Assembly (NCBI GenBank): GCA_965223345.1
Contig: CBDCWG010000012.1
Location: 160,001 to 224,000 of the forward strand
From: Nitrospinales bacterium
Lineage (GTDB): Bacteria; Nitrospinota; Nitrospinia; Nitrospinales; VA-1
Direction of reading: 5' to 3'
DNA: 64,000 nucleotides
The translations under genes were made by a program, and so were the position numbers. Numbering within the stretch: position 1 is the first letter of the stretch; each line of letters opens with the position of its first letter. Under the pieces are notes generated by a model. It did no database searches. It saw only the letters and a program-made list of their open reading frames with translations, and had not been told where the DNA came from. Of the stretch, positions 58,993 to 64,000 are shown one piece after another.

Positions 58993-59526
58993 ATGACTTT
59001 TTTCTGCAGACAATCCAACGCAACGCACCGGCGCGCGGTGGCGCTAGGCCTCGCTTTTGCAGTGATTTTCGTATTCGCCAGCGCCGCCTTTGCGGAGACG
59101 TTGTATGTGAAAAAATCGGGAACCAAGTTGCAGGCGGCGGATTCACCGAAATCGGACGTGCTGGCCAAGCTGGACGCCGGGACGCCGGTTGAGGTTCTGC
59201 AGCGGGGCAAGAAGTTTTTTCAGGTCTCTGCCGCGGGCAAGAAGGGGTGGATCTTCAAATTCAAACTCACGGCGAAAGCGCCTGCGGCGGGCGGCGGGGA
59301 CGACCTTTTGGGTGCGCTGGGCGGCCGGCAAAAGATCGCCGCGCGCGAATCCTCCTCGGGATCCAGCATCCGCGGTTTGAGCCCGATCGCGGAAAAACGC
59401 GCAAAATCCAAAGGCTCGCCCGAAGCGAACATCCGCGCCGTCAAACAGATGGAAGCGTTCAAGGTGTCCGCCGAGGAGCTGGACCGGTTTCTGCAACAGG
59501 GGAAACTGGGAGAATACGCACAATAA
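58993..59526 (+). CDS. Exported SH3b-domain protein
   Basis: Signal peptide (AAFA), SH3b pattern LAKLDAGTPVEVL...KKGWI, SIRGL, FLQQGKL. Confidence 0.75.
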   Translation: MTFFCRQSNATHRRAVALGLAFAVIFVFASAAFAETLYVKKSGTKLQAADSPKSDVLAKLDAGTPVEVLQRGKKFFQVSAAGKKGWIFKFKLTAKAPAAGGGDDLLGALGGRQKIAARESSSGSSIRGLSPIAEKRAKSKGSPEANIRAVKQMEAFKVSAEELDRFLQQGKLGEYAQ

Positions 59527-59571
59527 GAGATCGTTTTTCGATGAACGGCTCTTTCATCCCAAGAATAGACG

Positions 59572-60558
59572 ATGACAAAACGAACTGTTAGCATCCTCAC
59601 CGCCGTTGCGGCGTTCACTCTGCTGGGCGTTCAGAGTTCGCATTCGTTCCGCCTGGATGACCTGCTGAAACCGCCGCCGCAAAAACAACCCGAGAAGCAG
59701 CAGGCGGCGCCGGAACAGCAACCGCAACAGCAGCAGGAGAACAGCGGGCAGGAAGGCGGTCTGATCGGCCTGGGTGAATCGCTCGGCATCTTCGATAAAA
59801 AAACTTCCAAGGTTTTGAAGCAGGGCGTGGGGACGCTGCAGGCGTTTCAGCCGATCGGCTATGAAGAGGAAAAAGCCATCGGCGGTTCCCTGGCCATCGA
59901 GGTGTTTGACAAGTTCGGCGGCATGCACACAGACGCCAAGCTGCAGAAATACGTCAACCTGGTGGGCCGTTCCGTCGCGGACGTTTCGGACCGGCCGGAG
60001 ATCGAGTATCATTTCGCCGTCGTGAATACGGACCAGCCCAATGCGTTCGCAGCGCCGGGCGGCTATGTGTTCGTCAGCGTCGGGCTCCTGCGCCTTTTGC
60101 AGAACGAAGCGCAGCTCGCCGGGGTGCTGGGGCACGAGATCGCCCACATCACGCAAAAGCACGCGCTCAGCACGCTACAGCGCAGCAAGGTGCTTTCGGG
60201 GCTCAGCGGCCTCACGATGGCGGCGATGGACAAGGATGCGGGACTGTTCGACAACGTGATCAACGAAGTGTCGAACGTGCTGTTCACGCGCGGCCTGGAC
60301 AAGGAACTGGAATTCGAGGCGGACAAGTTCGGCACCGAGTTCGCGTACCGCATGGGCTACCAGCCCGCCGGTCTCAAGGAGTTTCTCAGCGTGCTCTCAC
60401 AGTCGCGCGCGAGCAACGGTTCCATTTTCCTGAGCACCCATCCCAGCCCGCGGGAACGCAACGCGCGGCTGATGCAGCTGTTGCCGCGCTACCAGGGTGG
60501 CGCGCGCTATCCGATCCTGGCGAACCGCTATCAATCGGTGGTGAAGGGCCGCATATGA
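59572..60558 (+). CDS. M48 family metallopeptidase
   Basis: PNAFAAPGG, GHEIAH (HExxH), EFEAD, STHP. Confidence 0.92.
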   Translation: MTKRTVSILTAVAAFTLLGVQSSHSFRLDDLLKPPPQKQPEKQQAAPEQQPQQQQENSGQEGGLIGLGESLGIFDKKTSKVLKQGVGTLQAFQPIGYEEEKAIGGSLAIEVFDKFGGMHTDAKLQKYVNLVGRSVADVSDRPEIEYHFAVVNTDQPNAFAAPGGYVFVSVGLLRLLQNEAQLAGVLGHEIAHITQKHALSTLQRSKVLSGLSGLTMAAMDKDAGLFDNVINEVSNVLFTRGLDKELEFEADKFGTEFAYRMGYQPAGLKEFLSVLSQSRASNGSIFLSTHPSPRERNARLMQLLPRYQGGARYPILANRYQSVVKGRI

Positions 60559-61040
60559 AAACGGGACTGTTCCGGGACGAGCTGCCCGGCGAAAAGAAGA
60601 GCATCGTCAACCTGCTGATGACCGGCTACATCGTCAGCATCTCCTGCCTGGGCTACGCGGCGTTTTACATCTTCATCCAGATGGGTCAGCTGGAGCGCAT
60701 CGTCAACACCATCGACGTGCAGACGCAGACTCCGGAGCAGGTCGAGCTTTTGAAAAACCGCATGACCCGCAGCACCGGCCAGTTGAAAAACGAAATCGTC
60801 GGTCTCGCCATTCTCGGCAGCATCGTCTCGGTGATCGGCGGCATCTACACCATCAACATAGTGGTGCGGCCGCTGCGCAAGCTGATCCTCTACACCGAGA
60901 ACAAGGGCAAGGGCGAGCTGCCCGAGATCAAAACCAACAACGAAATCAAGCAGCTCACCACGGCGCTGAGCGCCCTGGGCGACAACCCGCCCGCGAACGG
61001 GTCCGGCCCCGAAAAACCCGCAGAAAAATTCCCCGCCTGA
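60555..61040 (+). CDS. Two-TM membrane protein with a HAMP-like segment and no output domain
   Basis: Two TM helices, then VVRPLRKL...NEIKQL; ATGA overlap with the M48 gene. Confidence 0.7.
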   Translation: MKTGLFRDELPGEKKSIVNLLMTGYIVSISCLGYAAFYIFIQMGQLERIVNTIDVQTQTPEQVELLKNRMTRSTGQLKNEIVGLAILGSIVSVIGGIYTINIVVRPLRKLILYTENKGKGELPEIKTNNEIKQLTTALSALGDNPPANGSGPEKPAEKFPA

Positions 61041-61126
61041 TTTTCCGTCATTATTATTTCCAAAACCACGAGTGCGCGCTGAAAAGTTGCAGCGCCGTTG
61101 CCAAAAAGGCAGATCGTCGAGAGCGT

Positions 61127-61918
61127 TCAGGAGGGCTGCTCGGCCACGCCGGCAACGGGGCGGCGGGCTTTGCGTTTGAGACGCATAAAATCGAGGAACC
61201 GGGGCGTTTTGTAAAACCCGGCGTGCGCGGTGTCCTGCCCGCTGCGCGCCAGCGTTCCCGCGCTCGCCTGTTCGAGAGCTTGCAGGATCAGATCCGCCGC
61301 CAGCTTCAGGTTTTTCTTTTTGATGGCAAGCAGGCCGTCGCCGGCTTCGAGGGCGATGCGGCCCTGCAGGGCGATGGGACCGGAGTCGATCCCCGGATCC
61401 AGATGCAGGATGGAGGTGCCGATGTTGGCGAAATCACCGTCGTAAAACGCCCAGAAATCCGAATGCACGTTGCGGTAGCGCGGCACGATGCCGCCGTGGA
61501 TGTTGAGCATGTAATGTTTCGGGACGCGCAACACATCGGGCTTGAGGATGGAGGTGCCGTACACCACCACGATGTCGGGCGCCAGCGATTTGAGGTGCGC
61601 GATGCAGTCGCCGCCGGAAGCGTTTTCGAAGGACTCGATCGCAACGCCCTGCGGATAGCCGGTGATTCCATTCGGTTTGAGCAGTTGTTCCTCGAGATAG
61701 CGGTTGCCGGCGCGCGCATACAGGTAGACGGAAGCGAAATCCAATAGCTTCACGGGCCAGCGCCACCCGTTCGATGCGCGAAACTCGCGCTTGAGTTTCT
61801 TTCGGGTTTTTGCGGCGGCGGTTTCCAGGACGATCGCATCCAGCTTGCCTTTAGCGCACAAGCTATGCGCGAGGTACTTCGCACCCACCGAGTCTGTGGC
61901 CAGAAAAACGGTTTTCAT
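61127..61918 (-). CDS. Formyltransferase family protein
   Basis: LNIHGGIVPRYR, GTSILHLDPGIDSGPI. Confidence 0.85.
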   Translation of the reverse strand: MKTVFLATDSVGAKYLAHSLCAKGKLDAIVLETAAAKTRKKLKREFRASNGWRWPVKLLDFASVYLYARAGNRYLEEQLLKPNGITGYPQGVAIESFENASGGDCIAHLKSLAPDIVVVYGTSILKPDVLRVPKHYMLNIHGGIVPRYRNVHSDFWAFYDGDFANIGTSILHLDPGIDSGPIALQGRIALEAGDGLLAIKKKNLKLAADLILQALEQASAGTLARSGQDTAHAGFYKTPRFLDFMRLKRKARRPVAGVAEQPS

Positions 61919-61925
61919 GATTTTT

Positions 61926-62768
61926 CTAGGCGCTCCTTCGCACGATGTCCTTGAGCGTCGTGACGGTGAATCCCAAAGACTGCGCTTTGACGATCATCGC
62001 TTCGATAAGCGGCAGTTCCTGCACGCCGGCGTAACCGGGATGCTCGTACACCACAGCGATGTTTTTGTCCGCAAGCCGTCCGGCAAAATCGTCGAGGATC
62101 GCCGCATCGTCCTTCCCCTCAGCGCGCAGGTGCTCGACGTAGCCCACACCGCCGGGCTCGCCGAGAATATTGGTCGGCACCTGCCACAATTTTTCCGGAG
62201 ACCCGGCGGGGGTCATCGCCTCCCATTGCGATCCTTTCCGGTCGGCGACGTAGTGAAACCCCAATGTCGGCAGCACCCGGTTCAACGCAGCGGAGCCCTG
62301 CCATCCCGGTGAGGCGAACCCGGCCGGCGCAGCGATGCGGTGCCGGGTCAGCGTCCTGAGCGCCCCGGAAACTTCGCGGCGGATTTTTTCCACCGGCCAG
62401 CCGGCGCCGTCGTGTTGCCAGGCGCCGTGATTGAAGCCGCCGTGCAGACCCAGTTCGTTGCCGGATTCGGCCAGGGCCTTCAGCGTGTGCGGGCAGGAAG
62501 CGCCGACTTTCGGGTTCCACAGAGCGGTGATCAAAAAATCCTTCCACCCCAGTTTCTGCAGATTGGAAAGTTTCGCGGTCGTGGGACCTGTGCCGTTTCT
62601 GCTGGCGAACAGTTTTTTCAAATACAGCCGCCGCGAGGTGCCCCTGCCCATGTTGACAAAAAAGGTGAATGGAACGTGCAGGCGCTTAGAAAGGGCGAGG
62701 AGGTTGGGAACGCCGCGTTTCATGCAGCGGAGCGTGTCCACATCAAAACGGAAGCAAAAGTATTTCAT
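61926..62768 (-). CDS. ArnD-like polysaccharide deacetylase/deformylase
   Basis: FRFDVDT...GVPNLL, TFFVNMG, ELGLHG..H..WQ, ASPGW. Confidence 0.78.
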   Translation of the reverse strand: MKYFCFRFDVDTLRCMKRGVPNLLALSKRLHVPFTFFVNMGRGTSRRLYLKKLFASRNGTGPTTAKLSNLQKLGWKDFLITALWNPKVGASCPHTLKALAESGNELGLHGGFNHGAWQHDGAGWPVEKIRREVSGALRTLTRHRIAAPAGFASPGWQGSAALNRVLPTLGFHYVADRKGSQWEAMTPAGSPEKLWQVPTNILGEPGGVGYVEHLRAEGKDDAAILDDFAGRLADKNIAVVYEHPGYAGVQELPLIEAMIVKAQSLGFTVTTLKDIVRRSA

Positions 62769-62857
62769 TTGACCCATGAAGATGAAGTCCGGCGGGAACG
62801 GGAAGACAAAAACAGAAATCTTTGTCCGGCGTGAGCCATCCGCCCCTCGGCGGAGAG

Positions 62858-63628
62858 TCAGGAATCGAAAAAATCCCCGGTCATGTGGTCGAGCTGGATG
62901 GGGAAGGAGAAGACGGATTTGCGCGGGATGCCGATTTCGTCGAGAAGCTGCACGAAGAAAAAATAGTTCATGTTGTCTTTCAGGTTTTTCAGCGCCGCCG
63001 TGACGACTTTTTCGTCGTGCGCGATGGGAACGAGGGTTTCGCAAAGCTCCGCCGCGTTCCACGCCTGCCCGCGCGGCATCTTCAGCAAACGCGTGGTGCG
63101 CGAGACGCGCTGCACGTTGGAGCGCCGCCGCTCCTCCTCTTTTTCCAGATCGAGATACTTGATGCATTTTTCCCTGAGCAGCAGTCCCCGCTCCCAGGGC
63201 CCCGCCTCCTGCCAGCCGACGAACAGGGCCTTGTCCGTGCGGGTGTGTTCGAGATCCTGCATCAGCACTTTCTGCTCGAGACGGCGCTTTTCTTTTTTGA
63301 GCTTTTCGGTTTCCTTTCTCAGCTCCAGCTCTTTTTCCCATTCCTCCCAGCGGAATGTGCGGTCGGCGTCTCTCTTCGCTTTCCATTTGCGGTAGCGCAG
63401 CGAGAGCACGTCCTCGTAGGTCATCGCGTCCAGCTCGCGGTACAGGGTCTGCGCGCGTTCGACCTTCAACGAGGTGGCGGCATCGACCAGGGAGGCGTAT
63501 TTTTCCGGGTCCTTTTCTTCCAGTTCGGCGGCTTTGGGAAGCACGTATTGCCAGCTCAGAACACCCCCGGCCAGAAGAACCACGCCGAACACGCCCGCCG
63601 TATATTTGATCCATCCGGGTATTTTCAT
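62858..63628 (-). CDS. Membrane-anchored hypothetical protein
   Basis: N-terminal TM helix and charged coiled coil. Confidence 0.75.
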   Translation of the reverse strand: MKIPGWIKYTAGVFGVVLLAGGVLSWQYVLPKAAELEEKDPEKYASLVDAATSLKVERAQTLYRELDAMTYEDVLSLRYRKWKAKRDADRTFRWEEWEKELELRKETEKLKKEKRRLEQKVLMQDLEHTRTDKALFVGWQEAGPWERGLLLREKCIKYLDLEKEEERRRSNVQRVSRTTRLLKMPRGQAWNAAELCETLVPIAHDEKVVTAALKNLKDNMNYFFFVQLLDEIGIPRKSVFSFPIQLDHMTGDFFDS

Positions 63629-63774
63629 CGCCCCGCCCGAGAAGATTGAAATCTCAATAAATCAAATGCTTAATACTTATCGACGGGATCGGGAAAAAGG
63701 TTGATGGTTTTTTGCGGGGTTGTGGAGAAATCCGGCGCCGGCGTGGAGCCGGGATGAAGGGTGCGGCTGAAAAA

Positions 63775-64000
63775 TCAGTGCTTGAAGTGGCGGATGCCGG
63801 TGAACACCATGGCGATGCCGTGCTCTTCGGCGGCCTGGATGACCTCTTCGTCGCGGATCGATCCTCCGGGCTGGATGATGGCGGTGACGCCGCTTTTGGC
63901 AGCTTCGTCGATGGAGTCGCGGAACGGGAAGAACGCGTCGGAGGCCATGGCGCAGCCCTTAAGGGGCTTTTTGGCCTTGTCCACCGCCAGCCTGGCGGAA
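63775..64000 (-). CDS. purH: Bifunctional AICAR formyltransferase/IMP cyclohydrolase, C-terminal part
   Basis: [29 protein letters not shown]. Confidence 0.96.
   Translation of the reverse strand, partial: SARLAVDKAKKPLKGCAMASDAFFPFRDSIDEAAKSGVTAIIQPGGSIRDEEVIQAAEEHGIAMVFTGIRHFKH

Noticed and set aside
61926..63614. 562-aa ORF as a single protein
   Set aside because: Only the C-terminal 280 aa are protein-like; the upstream part is an alternative frame of the 62858-63628 gene

Overview
A GC-rich bacterial chromosomal window made mostly of housekeeping genes. Gene content and style suggest a Nitrospinota/deltaproteobacteria-like Gram-negative organism; this is an inference, not a search result. 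Core genes: leuDC, fused aroDE, rpmH-rnpA-yidD-yidC-mnmE, tyrS, hutH, lepA-lepB, gcvT-H-PA, tatA, an ECF sigma/anti-sigma pair, nadK and the 3' end of purH. Envelope and other genes: a late flagellar cluster (FleQ-like activator, atypical flagellin, sigma28-driven orf-fliD-flgN-small ORF), an HpnN-like RND transporter, a PagL-like barrel, an amidase, an SH3/M48 operon and a formyltransferase/ArnD-like pair. Most notable observations: (1) a lower-GC three-gene module, NrtR + SPFH/band-7 + divergent NAD-kinase-fold protein, behind a sigma70 promoter overlapped by two tandem GT-N7-AC NrtR operators; (2) a candidate sigma54-dependent structured sRNA with an anti-Shine-Dalgarno-like loop; (3) a Rieske-fold protein whose His ligands are lost, leaving four nearby Cys; (4) a FliD with inserted Ca-binding-type DxNxNG loops; (5) a one-base frameshift in mnmE; (6) a gcv operon lacking gcvPB. 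No rRNA, tRNA, CRISPR array, transposase or integrase was seen.
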